Positions 1 to 9,735 of a stretch of 49,035 nucleotides of DNA are shown here, piece after piece (the stretch's first letter is position 1; each line of letters opens with the position of its first letter). This DNA comes from a virus (lineage: Duplodnaviria > Caudoviricetes). The DNA lies in IMG/VR virus record IMGVR_UViG_3300005253_000043, positions 1-49,035 of that record; one strand, 5' to 3'. The notes under the pieces were generated by a model. That model was not told the origin of the DNA. It did not search any database and saw only the letters and a list, made by a program, of their open reading frames with translations. The position numbers were made by a program, and so were the translations under genes.

Positions 1-121
1 CCCCCGCCGTGAGGATATAACGATCTCCAGCATGACACTTGAAAAGGGTAGACGCAGGGGCAAGGATGTTTATGACGGTACTCCGTCAGGCGCGTTAAGT
101 ACATGGGCGGATGGTATGCAG
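1..121. repeat. Terminal overlap (circular assembly), copy 1
   Basis: Identical to 48915-49035; the portal ORF reads through the junction. Confidence 0.97.
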
Positions 122-1552
122 GGGTTTATGGTGTCCCGTGCGATACGATGGTTTAAGTCTTTACTCTTTCCTTTGGAACTTAACGATCTTGCAGCAGTTA
201 AGGCGTGGTTACAGGAATACGATGAGGCAATGAGGGAGGAGTTTAGGCGGTCTAACTTCTACGATGTTGTCCCTCTATGGTTCAGGGACGCAGGCTCCAT
301 CGGAACCGCTACTTTGTTTACCGAAGAGGATATTGCCGGAAGAAAATCGGTCATCACCTGTGTCCATCCAAGGGAAGTGTTTATATCCGAAGATAGATAT
401 GGGTTTGTAGACAGCGTACATAGAAAGTTCCAGAAAACAAATCAACAACTTATCCAAATATTCACAAAAGCGGCGTTCACTGATTCGTTCGTGACCTCGG
501 CAGAAAAAGAACCTGAAAAACCACAAACGATAATTCATGCTGTATTCCCTAACGACGATATAATGCTGGGTAAATCGACCTCAAAGGGAAGTAAGTTCGT
601 ATCTGCGTATGTACTTGCCGGCGTCGCACACATGATACGTGAGAGAGGGTTTAAGAAAAATCCCTATGCAGTATGGAGGTTCAGGAAAAACTCCGATGAG
701 ATATACGGCTATTCACCCGCAGCGGACGCTATCACCGAGGTATTTTCCTTACAACAATTCGGCAAGACTTTAGTACAAGCCGCACAGATGAGCATTAATC
801 CGCCGAGGAATGTACCTATCGAGATGCGCGGACGGGTAAGGATGTTGCCAAAGGGCAATAACTATTACGATGACCCGCAAAGGGTTATCTCGACAATAAA
901 CGCCGGAATAAACTATCCCGTAGGAAAAGATGAGCGAGAGGATGTAAGGCGTTTGCTCGAAGATAAGTACAGGGTGGAATTTTTCAAGGCGTTCATAGGC
1001 AGGCAGGGAGAGGCTACCGCCACGGAGATATTAGAGATCAAATCAGAACAGGCGATGCTTATGTCGCCGCAGGTCGATCAATTAACTAGTGAAGGGTTAA
1101 ATAGACAATTCGATATTATGTCTGCTCTCGCTGATAGAAACGGCAGACTTCCTCCACCGCCCGAAGTGGTAAGAGAGTTTGGTGAAAGGGTCGATGTTGA
1201 AAATATCGGTCCGTTGGCACAGGCACAAAAAAGACTATTCAGGATGCAGCCGATACGCAGGGGACTTGAGGAAATTTCTCCGATAGCCGCCATCCGACCC
1301 GAAGTACTTGACAGGGTGAACTGGAACGAACTTTCACAGGAAATGCTTGAAGCGTCCGACTTCCCGCAAAAACTTATTTTCAGCGACGATCAAGTAAAAG
1401 AGATACAGGATGCAAGGGCGGAAAAACTTGCGCAACAGGAAGCACTCGCTGCCGCAGGAGCAATGGCAGAGGCCGTGCCAAAACTCAGTAAAGACGTCGA
1501 ACCAGACAGTCCTTTGGCGGCGTTAGTGGGTTCAGTGACGGGAGGTACATAA
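32..1552 (+). CDS. Portal / head-to-tail connector (C-terminal part; true start at 48790 across the junction, 558 aa total)
   Basis: T7/BPP-1-type connector motifs (IYGYSPA, ATATEI, IGPLAQAQK); lies downstream of the terminase on the circle. Confidence 0.92.
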   Translation: MTLEKGRRRGKDVYDGTPSGALSTWADGMQGFMVSRAIRWFKSLLFPLELNDLAAVKAWLQEYDEAMREEFRRSNFYDVVPLWFRDAGSIGTATLFTEEDIAGRKSVITCVHPREVFISEDRYGFVDSVHRKFQKTNQQLIQIFTKAAFTDSFVTSAEKEPEKPQTIIHAVFPNDDIMLGKSTSKGSKFVSAYVLAGVAHMIRERGFKKNPYAVWRFRKNSDEIYGYSPAADAITEVFSLQQFGKTLVQAAQMSINPPRNVPIEMRGRVRMLPKGNNYYDDPQRVISTINAGINYPVGKDEREDVRRLLEDKYRVEFFKAFIGRQGEATATEILEIKSEQAMLMSPQVDQLTSEGLNRQFDIMSALADRNGRLPPPPEVVREFGERVDVENIGPLAQAQKRLFRMQPIRRGLEEISPIAAIRPEVLDRVNWNELSQEMLEASDFPQKLIFSDDQVKEIQDARAEKLAQQEALAAAGAMAEAVPKLSKDVEPDSPLAALVGSVTGGT

Positions 1553-1758
1553 TGGCGAAACACATAACTAAGAAAACTGGCGAATGTTATCAGATGTTTT
1601 GTGGTAAAACTTTAATATTTGAAACTGACGACCACACCTATCAACTACCGGATGGGTGGGTATGTCCTGTATGTAATTTGGGCATAAAACAAATTATGCA
1701 AGAATTACGAGCAGAATGTCAGGATTGCGGCACAATGACTATGCAGGAGATTAAATGA
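1552..1758 (+). CDS. Small Cys-rich, rubredoxin/zinc-ribbon-like protein
   Basis: LPDGWVCPVC plus a further CxxC; TAATG coupling to the portal. Confidence 0.6.
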   Translation: MAKHITKKTGECYQMFCGKTLIFETDDHTYQLPDGWVCPVCNLGIKQIMQELRAECQDCGTMTMQEIK

Positions 1759-2006
1759 TTGACCCAACCCAAAGAATTTGCAGGGCTTTTTTCTCAAGCT
1801 CCGAAGGTAAAGAGGTCTTGGCGCACATGCTTCGCAACGCGAAGTTCTTTGATTATATTACGACACCCGAAGAGCAAGCGGTTGAGAATTTTGTAAAAGA
1901 GTTATTATCGGATATTGGCGTATGGAATATGGATAACGCCGATAGTTTTGTAAACTTGTTAATGAATTTACCAGTAATAAAAACCCCAGAAGTAAAGGAA
2001 ACTTAA
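1755..2006 (+). CDS. Conserved small protein after the portal (Bbp19-like)
   Basis: FFSSSEGKEVLAHM motif and synteny; GGAG RBS. Confidence 0.6.
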   Translation: MIDPTQRICRAFFSSSEGKEVLAHMLRNAKFFDYITTPEEQAVENFVKELLSDIGVWNMDNADSFVNLLMNLPVIKTPEVKET

Positions 2007-2007
2007 A

Positions 2008-2220
2008 ATGGCTAAGAAAAAGAAAACAGTTAAGAAAGTTGCAAAGAAGAAAACTGAAGAAGCAAAAAAAGTCCGTCTTGATCCGGATTATGTATTGGCG
2101 CAATTAAAAGAAGATAGAGATACAATGTGTAAACAAGCAAAGCGCATGACTGCCCTTGAAGAACGCCTTAATAAACTCATCACGGCGTTGCAAACGCCAA
2201 AAACATTAAAGGGAATATAA
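2008..2220 (+). CDS. Basic coiled-coil hypothetical protein
   Basis: AAGGA RBS; Lys-rich N-terminus. Confidence 0.6.
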   Translation: MAKKKKTVKKVAKKKTEEAKKVRLDPDYVLAQLKEDRDTMCKQAKRMTALEERLNKLITALQTPKTLKGI

Positions 2221-2239
2221 AAGACAAAGGAGAACTAAA

Positions 2240-2497
2240 ATGAGTGAAGTTGATTTTAAAGCAATGAAAAACCCTGACCTTGTACGGTACGCAATACAGC
2301 AAGGTCATAATGTAAGGGGACTAAGCAGGGAAAGGATATTGGACAAACTAATTGTTCAGCCGCCTAAGTCCATCGCTTTACCTGACGAAGAGGCTACTTT
2401 GTGTGCGATGCGGACTTGCCCTAACAGGATACTTGTTAAGACGGTCGGCAGTATTCAGACTGTTTTAGCACCGAAGGATGCACCATCGAATTCATGA
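2240..2497 (+). CDS. Hypothetical protein with helix-extension-helix-like segments; the frame continues past TGA to 2587
   Basis: AAGGAG RBS; see findings. Confidence 0.6.
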   Translation: MSEVDFKAMKNPDLVRYAIQQGHNVRGLSRERILDKLIVQPPKSIALPDEEATLCAMRTCPNRILVKTVGSIQTVLAPKDAPSNS

Positions 2498-2588
2498 AAC
2501 GAAATAAGGGCCAAGGCAAAGTCTCTGGGAATAAAAACCCATGGCAAAAAACGAGTACAAGTCGAAACAGAAATAAAGGAGAAATAGA

Positions 2589-3377
2589 ATGACTGAAACA
2601 GTTTTAACAGACCCTCCAGTAGTCGCAGACCCGTGGGCGGGTGTAGCGAAGGAACTTAGATATAGCGGGGATGGAAACGACCGATTAGCGTGTTTCGGAA
2701 ACGACACCGCAAAGGCGGGTACGAGCTATCTCGAACTTATGAAACAGCAGAGTACTTCGGTAAAAATCCCTGATGAACACACCTCCGCACCTGAAAGAAG
2801 TGCGTTTTACCAGTCAATAGGTTGTCCTAGGGACCCGACAGGATATGAGATCGAAAGACCAACGCTTCCCGAAGGCATGACTTATTCAGAAGAGTTCGAG
2901 ATGACAATGCGCGGGATTTCGCATGAGGCGGGTATTTCACAGGCACAGATAAAGGTATTGACCAAGGCGTTCAACGAGTACCAGATAAGTACACATAACA
3001 AGGACGCGACAGAGGCGGCAAGGATTAACGATGCTCAGGACTTGGCCCTGAAAGAAAAAAAGGGCGGCGATTATGACAAGTTTTGTGCGGTTGTGGAACG
3101 AGGATTTGTGGAACTTATACCCAGTGAGGAACTTCGCACTCAATTTGCGCAACTTATCGAGGAAAAGGGGCTGAAGAACCATCCCATATTTACAGAGGTA
3201 TGGGGCACCGTATCCGAAAAACTGCTTGACGATACTTTAGTAAGAGGAAATCTGCCGGTCGATGACAAGGACTATAAACCTGCTTCACCCAATAGTCCCG
3301 AAATGTATAAGAACCCAGAAAGCGAACCAGATCAAAAAGCACATGACTGGTTTGTAGCAAGGGGACACGTATATTAA
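2589..3377 (+). CDS. Capsid scaffolding/assembly protein
   Basis: Position between portal and capsid; GxPxxPxxY and GLxNHP motifs typical of podovirus scaffolds. Confidence 0.8.
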   Translation: MTETVLTDPPVVADPWAGVAKELRYSGDGNDRLACFGNDTAKAGTSYLELMKQQSTSVKIPDEHTSAPERSAFYQSIGCPRDPTGYEIERPTLPEGMTYSEEFEMTMRGISHEAGISQAQIKVLTKAFNEYQISTHNKDATEAARINDAQDLALKEKKGGDYDKFCAVVERGFVELIPSEELRTQFAQLIEEKGLKNHPIFTEVWGTVSEKLLDDTLVRGNLPVDDKDYKPASPNSPEMYKNPESEPDQKAHDWFVARGHVY

Positions 3378-3389
3378 GATAAAATAAAT

Positions 3390-3530
3390 ATTTGTCTCCG
3401 CAAGGATAAAGGCAAATTATATAAATTTTGGATAACCCGCAAGGGCCGAATGTAAACTTGTAAGACAAGTCGTTTACTCGGCGAAAAGAGCAGTAGCAGC
3501 CAGCAAGACTGGATAACTTCTACGACTAAG
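3390..3530 (+). promoter_or_regulatory. Structured RNA leader of the major capsid gene
   Basis: Hairpins with GCAA loops and three GGATAA bulge motifs. Confidence 0.6.
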
Positions 3531-3561
3531 TGAATATTAACTTAATTTTAGGAGTTTTATT

Positions 3562-4578
3562 ATGGCTACTAATGCTGTAAGAGACAGAGAAGGCCTTTTG
3601 ACCGCCGCAAGGATGTCTCATAACAACGAGATAATCGACGTTGCGGAAGTATTAAATGAGACCAAGGACATTCTTGCCGATGCGTTTGTTATGCAGGCGA
3701 ATGATTATACGTCTCATGTAGTTTCACGTAGAACGGCATTACCCGGCTCTGAATGGGTCAAAGTCGGTAACGGATGGGACGCAACTTCCGGTTCTCTCAA
3801 TCAGGTCAGAGAGACTATCGGAATGGTGAAGTCAAGATACCTGTGTCCCGAAGATGTAATGCGAATCCAACCCAACAAGGACAAGTTCCGTTCCCAACAG
3901 GAGCGTGCCCATATCGAGGGCATGGGTCAGGAAGTTGCAAATACCCTGATGGGTAATTGGTCAGCTGGTAACTTGACACAAGACCCTTCTGAAGAGTTTG
4001 CCGGGTTCTCGCTTAGGTATCCAAACCTTGGAACCGCTGATTCCAACTATGTTATCAATAACGGCAATGGTTCCGGCAGCGATAACACTTCGATCTGGTT
4101 TGTTCAATGGGGTCCGGGCAGGGTCTTTTTGACCTATCCACGTCATTCAACACAAGCGGGATTAAAGAAAGATGACAAAGGACTTGTCTATACATTAGGT
4201 GATAATGCTTCCGGCACAGCGGCTCAGAGAAACAAACAGTTGTGGGCGTTCATCACTGAGTTTAGTTGGGATGTAGGACTTGTCATCGAAGACACCCGTT
4301 CTGTGAAACGTCTTTGCAACATAGATTCCGTATCGACCGAGACAAACACTCTTGACTATGACAAAATCATCCAGATCAGGAACAACTTCAGGGGCAACGA
4401 TACGATCTTTATGTATGTTAACGAGACCGTCTTTACACAACTTGATATTTTGGCAGTTGACAAAACTAATGTCCACTACGTGCCCGATGGCCCGTTTGGC
4501 AAATCACAATTATTCTTCCGAGACATGCCTGTAAGACGCTGTGACGCCATTACCGATGTCGAGGCAGTAATTACTTAA
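3562..4578 (+). CDS. Major capsid protein (BPP-1 Bbp17-like)
   Basis: Motifs EVLNETxDIL, RTALP, EEFAGF, TSIWFVQWG, FRDMPVRRCDAI; size and synteny. Confidence 0.9.
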   Translation: MATNAVRDREGLLTAARMSHNNEIIDVAEVLNETKDILADAFVMQANDYTSHVVSRRTALPGSEWVKVGNGWDATSGSLNQVRETIGMVKSRYLCPEDVMRIQPNKDKFRSQQERAHIEGMGQEVANTLMGNWSAGNLTQDPSEEFAGFSLRYPNLGTADSNYVINNGNGSGSDNTSIWFVQWGPGRVFLTYPRHSTQAGLKKDDKGLVYTLGDNASGTAAQRNKQLWAFITEFSWDVGLVIEDTRSVKRLCNIDSVSTETNTLDYDKIIQIRNNFRGNDTIFMYVNETVFTQLDILAVDKTNVHYVPDGPFGKSQLFFRDMPVRRCDAITDVEAVIT

Positions 4579-4590
4579 GGAGTAACAATT

Positions 4591-5049
4591 ATGGCTATAT
4601 TTGATGCAATGTTTGAACTTGACGATGCTTTAGACCTCAGTACACACACTGCTACTGAAGTTGAGCCGTCAACAAATGTTATTAATTGGGGTGCATCAGA
4701 CCTTGAGATGGGTGCTGGGGAGCCGTTGTATTTGAATGTAAGAGTTGCAACGGCGTTTGGAAGTTCTGGTTCCGCAACACTTAAAGTTGCCCTAAAACGT
4801 GAAACCGATGGCACGATAGACACAGACTCTACTACTATCTGGGAAACTAATGCAATACCAGTTGCTACTCTTGTGGCTGGTTATCGGATTATCCGTATGT
4901 CACTACCGTACAACGTGGACGAAGATCAATATACAGGTCTACTGTATACGATTGGAACGACAGCCATGACAGCTGGAACTGTAGATGCCTGGATTGACCA
5001 TGGGCCACAGTCAAGTTATGACACACAGGTAAGCGAGTCTAATATTTAA
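4591..5049 (+). CDS. Capsid cement/decoration protein (Bbp16-like)
   Basis: STNVI..GAGEPLYL..V motif and YTIGTTAMTAGTVDAW end; directly after the capsid gene. Confidence 0.8.
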   Translation: MAIFDAMFELDDALDLSTHTATEVEPSTNVINWGASDLEMGAGEPLYLNVRVATAFGSSGSATLKVALKRETDGTIDTDSTTIWETNAIPVATLVAGYRIIRMSLPYNVDEDQYTGLLYTIGTTAMTAGTVDAWIDHGPQSSYDTQVSESNI

Positions 5050-5065
5050 CTAAAGGAATAACTGT

Positions 5066-5689
5066 ATGAAACTTAATGATGCTTTTGTTTTAGTTGGATG
5101 CCCGTTATCGCCTACTTTTCGAGCCGATGCGAGATTGGTTGGTGCATTAGAGTCATGGCGGTCAAAAAACGTGATAACGTATTATCCGTCGTCTGGCGCA
5201 ACAGAAATTGGGTATGATATGATTGTTAATTTCGCTAAAAGGATAGAACCAAAACCAACACATATCCTATTTGTCGATTATGATGTTTTGCCAAGAAGTA
5301 ATACACTGAAAAAACTTCTTGAACACGACAAAGACATCGTATCAGGCGTGTATCCAGCGATAAAGAAATTCAAGATGTCGTGGTGTCTGTCAAGAAAAGA
5401 ACCATTTAAATTAATGGAAATTGACGATTTACCTGACAACCCTTTCAAAGTCCATATCGCTTGTAATGGGATGTTATTGGTAAAGATGGAAGTTTTCGAC
5501 AAAATTGAATGGCCCTACTGGAAAACAGAATACTTCACAGATGGAGCAAAAACAGGGGCCGACATCTATTTCTTCGATAAAGCAAGAGCGGCGGGTTACG
5601 ACTTGTGGGTTGATCCGAAAGTTAAGTGCGGTCATTTTAAGATGGTTGATTTATTAGGCATTGTAAACAATTTTGTTATGAAAGGATAA
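5066..5689 (+). CDS. GT-A fold (GT2-like) glycosyltransferase
   Basis: THILFVDYD (DxD), DKDIVSG, GADIYF, WVDPKVKCGH. Confidence 0.8.
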   Translation: MKLNDAFVLVGCPLSPTFRADARLVGALESWRSKNVITYYPSSGATEIGYDMIVNFAKRIEPKPTHILFVDYDVLPRSNTLKKLLEHDKDIVSGVYPAIKKFKMSWCLSRKEPFKLMEIDDLPDNPFKVHIACNGMLLVKMEVFDKIEWPYWKTEYFTDGAKTGADIYFFDKARAAGYDLWVDPKVKCGHFKMVDLLGIVNNFVMKG

Positions 5690-5693
5690 AACA

Positions 5694-8231
5694 ATGAAAC
5701 GATTAAAATTTTTAGTTCTGCTCTTCATTGTTCTTGCGGCCCGTCCGTGTTTTGGTGCGTTTACTGAGAGCATTGATAATAGGAAGACCTATAGACACGC
5801 TTACAGGTGGACGGCAAAGCCCAAGGATAAACTTCATGACTGGGCAGCAGAAGTTGAAGACAGATTAACAGGTGCATCGACTATTGAGTTTACGTATTAT
5901 AGCCCGACAGATACCGAACCTGCGGCGAACGCAGGAACACTTTATTACGACCTGTCCGAGAATAAGCCTAAATATTACAATGGCAGTTCTTGGATCGCGA
6001 TAGAGTCAGGTTCTGCTGGAAACAGTTTGGATGGTGCGTATGATGTAGGAAATGCCATTACAGTTGACGGAAGCCCGGTTACATTGACTACAAGTACGGC
6101 TTCCGGTATTACAGCGTTAGATATTGACCACGGTGGAAATAGCAATAACAATGATGCTTTTACTATCGCTATGGCCGGTTCCGGTGATGGTATTCAGGTA
6201 ACTAACGAGGATACCGATAGTGTTGCAATGCGACTTATCGCCGCTGCATCGCAGACAGTATCTCTTGCTGTATTGGATGCCTCTACAAATAACTGGATTG
6301 GCGCAGATGATGTCGGGTTAGTACATATCCAGAGCGACACCGCTCTTACTGACAATGGCGCTTCGTTGTTGGTTGTTATCAATACCACCGGTCGTCCTAA
6401 AGATAATGCAGAGGGCTTTTTGGCGAGATTTGTCGATACGGGTACAGCAAGAACGACCGCTCACGCCGTAGAAATCGAAACAACAAATACGACACCTGCG
6501 TTAAAGTTGAATAACCTGTTTACTGTTACAGGGGCCGATAGTGCCGGTACGTTAGTTAAGATTACAGGTAACGACTCGTCCGGTAACTCTGATACAATGA
6601 CGATCAACCACGATGGTACATCCGCCGGATTGAAAATTACCTGTGATTCAGCTACGAGCGTAGCGTTGGAAGTCGCAACAGCGGCAAGCCAAACTACAAC
6701 TGCCGTACTAATTGACGGTTCTACCGGTAACTTCATCGGTGCGAACGATGTAGGTATGGTTCAAATAACCAAAGACACTGCATTGACCGATGCTGGTTCG
6801 ACTTTACTGCTTATTACCAATACGGCACAACCCGTCGCTTCGGCAGAGGGATTTTTGGTTCGACTCGTAGATACGGGGACAGCGACAACCACGGCTTACG
6901 CTATGGAAATCGAGACCAAGAATACCACGCCTTGTTTGAAGTTGAATAACGAATTAGTTATTGCCGGGGCCGATGGTTCCGGAACACTTCTGACAGTAAC
7001 TTCAGTTAATGCCACTGGTGACGCTGATGGTATAGCAATAACCCATTCTGGTTCCGGTGATGCTATACAGATCACACCTACTGATGTGGATTCCGGCGGT
7101 ATTAATATGGTAGGCAAAGCTGCCGGTGTTGTTCCGTTAGTTATTCTGGATAGTGCCACTAACAACTGGGATGGTGCGGATGATATAGGCCAATTATTCA
7201 TTGATAACGACGATGCCTATGTCCATGCAGGAGCATCAGCAATAGTTGTCACGGACAGTTCTACACCAATTTCCGCAGCGGAAGGGTTCCTTGCAAGGTT
7301 TGTTCATTCCGGCACAGCACAAACAAATTCGTCTGCTGTCGAGATCGAAGTACCTGCTACCCAACCGGCATTGGCTATGAATGGAGTTTTATCCATAGCT
7401 GGTCAGAACAATATCGCTGCTGTCCTCGTTCAGATAACGGGTAATGACGGCGGTGGTAATCAGGATGCTATGACAATCAACAATGAGGGAACTGGTGACG
7501 GGCTTCAAATTACTTGCGACGATGTCGACACAGTGGGACTCAATGTAATTGCTGCTACAAGTCAGACAACTTCACTTGCTAAATTCGATGGTGCAACGGG
7601 TTCTTATCTTGGTGCGCAGAATGTAGGTATGATTCATGTAACCAGTGATGGTGCATTGGCTCACGTCGATTCAAGTTTGATGTACATTGCTAACAGTGGT
7701 GTTCCACAGGATGATGCCAGGGGTACTTCCCTTAGAATTGTCGATACGGGTAACGCTTCTGCCGGTACTGCCGGTTATTCAGTATATATCAAAACCGATG
7801 ATGCAACTATGGAAGCACTATATATCGACGAAGGTAATGTATTGGTAGACGAAGAAATCGTGGCCGGCGTTGGCGTCCAAAGCAGTGCTACGGCAAGAAC
7901 TGCAACTGCAGGTGGGGGAAGTACCGGTTTAATCGCTCGTAATACTCGACATGTAACCATTACGTGCGATGATGCAACCAAGCAGATTAAACTGCCTGCA
8001 CCGATAGTCGGTATGAAAATTACTCTTGTTACACCGGCTCTCGGCGTGGAACTTATTGCTACTGGCTCAAGCGTTAAGGTTAATGATGTTATAGTTAGTG
8101 CAACCAACGAGGCGGCTTTGGTTGCCGATTCTCATTACGAAGTAACGTGCGTATCTGCAACAGAATGGATTTTGGTTGGTTATGATAAACTTGGAGCTCA
8201 TATAGCACCTATAGTACCAGATTCGTTGTAA
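5694..8231 (+). CDS. Large beta-repeat virion fibre/decoration protein with signal peptide
   Basis: About four ~145-aa repeats (NWIGADDVG...AEGFLARFVDTG); T/G/D/A-rich; N-terminus MKRLKFLVLLFIVLAARPCFGA. Confidence 0.65.
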   Translation: MKRLKFLVLLFIVLAARPCFGAFTESIDNRKTYRHAYRWTAKPKDKLHDWAAEVEDRLTGASTIEFTYYSPTDTEPAANAGTLYYDLSENKPKYYNGSSWIAIESGSAGNSLDGAYDVGNAITVDGSPVTLTTSTASGITALDIDHGGNSNNNDAFTIAMAGSGDGIQVTNEDTDSVAMRLIAAASQTVSLAVLDASTNNWIGADDVGLVHIQSDTALTDNGASLLVVINTTGRPKDNAEGFLARFVDTGTARTTAHAVEIETTNTTPALKLNNLFTVTGADSAGTLVKITGNDSSGNSDTMTINHDGTSAGLKITCDSATSVALEVATAASQTTTAVLIDGSTGNFIGANDVGMVQITKDTALTDAGSTLLLITNTAQPVASAEGFLVRLVDTGTATTTAYAMEIETKNTTPCLKLNNELVIAGADGSGTLLTVTSVNATGDADGIAITHSGSGDAIQITPTDVDSGGINMVGKAAGVVPLVILDSATNNWDGADDIGQLFIDNDDAYVHAGASAIVVTDSSTPISAAEGFLARFVHSGTAQTNSSAVEIEVPATQPALAMNGVLSIAGQNNIAAVLVQITGNDGGGNQDAMTINNEGTGDGLQITCDDVDTVGLNVIAATSQTTSLAKFDGATGSYLGAQNVGMIHVTSDGALAHVDSSLMYIANSGVPQDDARGTSLRIVDTGNASAGTAGYSVYIKTDDATMEALYIDEGNVLVDEEIVAGVGVQSSATARTATAGGGSTGLIARNTRHVTITCDDATKQIKLPAPIVGMKITLVTPALGVELIATGSSVKVNDVIVSATNEAALVADSHYEVTCVSATEWILVGYDKLGAHIAPIVPDSL

Positions 8232-8236
8232 TTTAA

Positions 8237-8271
8237 TAGGGGTGGGACACGTTGTTTCGCCCCTAATTTTT
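8237..8271 (+). terminator. Rho-independent terminator after the head module
   Basis: TAGGGGTGGGAC/GTTTCGCCCCTA stem followed by ATTTTT. Confidence 0.7.
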
Positions 8272-8292
8272 AACCTTTTAAGGAGAATTAAA

Positions 8293-8556
8293 ATGAGAGT
8301 TGATGTGAACATGAAGAAGATCGTGGCCTTATTGGTCTTACTGGCCGTTATCTGCGGCGGCGTGTGGTGGTACGCAGATACCGCGCCACAGCGGAAGGCG
8401 AAAGCTGAAATTGAGACTATGATAAACTTTGTTCAACGGCAGGCGCTGGAGATAGCAATTATTGAGCAGTCGTCTAAGTTGCAAAATTATAAACGGCAGA
8501 TAGCGGAAAACCAAAAGGCACAGGTTTTGATCTCTGAACCAGAAGAAGGTGAATAG
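8293..8556 (+). CDS. Single-pass membrane protein with coiled coil
   Basis: AAGGAG RBS; hydrophobic IVALLVLLAVICGGVWW. Confidence 0.7.
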   Translation: MRVDVNMKKIVALLVLLAVICGGVWWYADTAPQRKAKAEIETMINFVQRQALEIAIIEQSSKLQNYKRQIAENQKAQVLISEPEEGE

Positions 8557-9342
8557 ATGTCAACAAAAGCTCAGATAATAAACAAAGCGATGATTGACTT
8601 AGGTGAAAAAATCCTCACGGACGCTGATGTAGCTTCGCCTTCGACTAATCCGGCTAAAGTAGCAATCGCTTCGTGGGATATAATTTTACCTGAAATGCTT
8701 AACACCGGCCCGGAAGAGGGTTGGAAGTTTGCGGTAAGAAAGTTCCACGGAATTGACAGGGATTCTATTACCATTGCCTCAATAGCCCAGAACGGCACGG
8801 ATATTACAATAACCGGAACTCACACGCTTTTAGCGGGCGATATGGTATTGCTTGAAGACACTAGTTACGATGATACATACGATGTGAAAGCTATTTCTAC
8901 TACGGTATCGTTTGATGTTACGGCAACTTTTGTTGCTACCGGTACTGGAACGGCAAAATGGACATCGGAGGAATTTGCATATAGGTTTGCACGTCCTACA
9001 AGCACAAGAGTCGTTAAAGTCAGTGTTGGGGGTATAGAAATTACCGACTGGAAAAGGCAGGGCGAATATATCTTAACAAATCAGGAAGATACGGAAGTGG
9101 ACATGGACTATATCTTACATGCAGACGATGTAACGATTGGTAATTTTCCACCTCACTTTGTAGATGTGATGTGGAGGCGCCTGTCGGCGGCGCTTGCTTT
9201 CGATCTCGTCCAGAACCGTGAACTGAGCGATAGCAAACTTAATGTACTCGAACGGATATACATTCCACGCGCGATAGGTATGGATAATCGTGAAACATAC
9301 GAAAAAGAATTTGATAACAGTTGGCAGGAATTTGGACATTGA
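8557..9342 (+). CDS. Tail tubular protein A / adaptor (T7 gp11-like) with inserted beta domain
   Basis: IINKAMIDLGE, WKFA, FPPHF motifs; synteny. Confidence 0.8.
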   Translation: MSTKAQIINKAMIDLGEKILTDADVASPSTNPAKVAIASWDIILPEMLNTGPEEGWKFAVRKFHGIDRDSITIASIAQNGTDITITGTHTLLAGDMVLLEDTSYDDTYDVKAISTTVSFDVTATFVATGTGTAKWTSEEFAYRFARPTSTRVVKVSVGGIEITDWKRQGEYILTNQEDTEVDMDYILHADDVTIGNFPPHFVDVMWRRLSAALAFDLVQNRELSDSKLNVLERIYIPRAIGMDNRETYEKEFDNSWQEFGH

Positions 9343-9354
9343 AAGGAGTATATT

Positions 9355-9732
9355 ATGACAGCATCAGCAGGGGCGGTTTCCACTACTGTAGATAAGAGAA
9401 GTGGAACGCAGAACAATTTTCAGGTATGGGAAAGAGTCACCGTATTTACTCTTGTCAGCGGTAATACAACAGGTGCAGCGACGCTTCCCATAAATGGGTT
9501 GTTGCAAAAAATAATCGTTAAACTAACCGACATGCAGGGCGCAGAGGGCACTTTGGATGTGTCTTTGACCGATAATGGCGATAACACTATTTTTTCGGTA
9601 ACAAATTTAGCCGAAAGCGCAACATACCAGTACAGTGTTAATGAACCGTTTTCGCACGAGATAAACATAGCGTTAGTGTTTGACAATCCAGGTGCTGGCG
9701 CGACAGTTACAGTTACTTTGAGGGGAATATAA
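9355..9732 (+). CDS. Small beta-sandwich virion protein
   Basis: AAAGGAG RBS; beta-rich composition; in the tail module. Confidence 0.55.
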   Translation: MTASAGAVSTTVDKRSGTQNNFQVWERVTVFTLVSGNTTGAATLPINGLLQKIIVKLTDMQGAEGTLDVSLTDNGDNTIFSVTNLAESATYQYSVNEPFSHEINIALVFDNPGAGATVTVTLRGI

Positions 9733-9735
9733 GCT

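Noticed and set aside
1-121. Biological direct terminal repeat
   Set aside because: It falls inside the portal coding sequence, which reads through it; this is what an assembler overlap on a circular contig looks like
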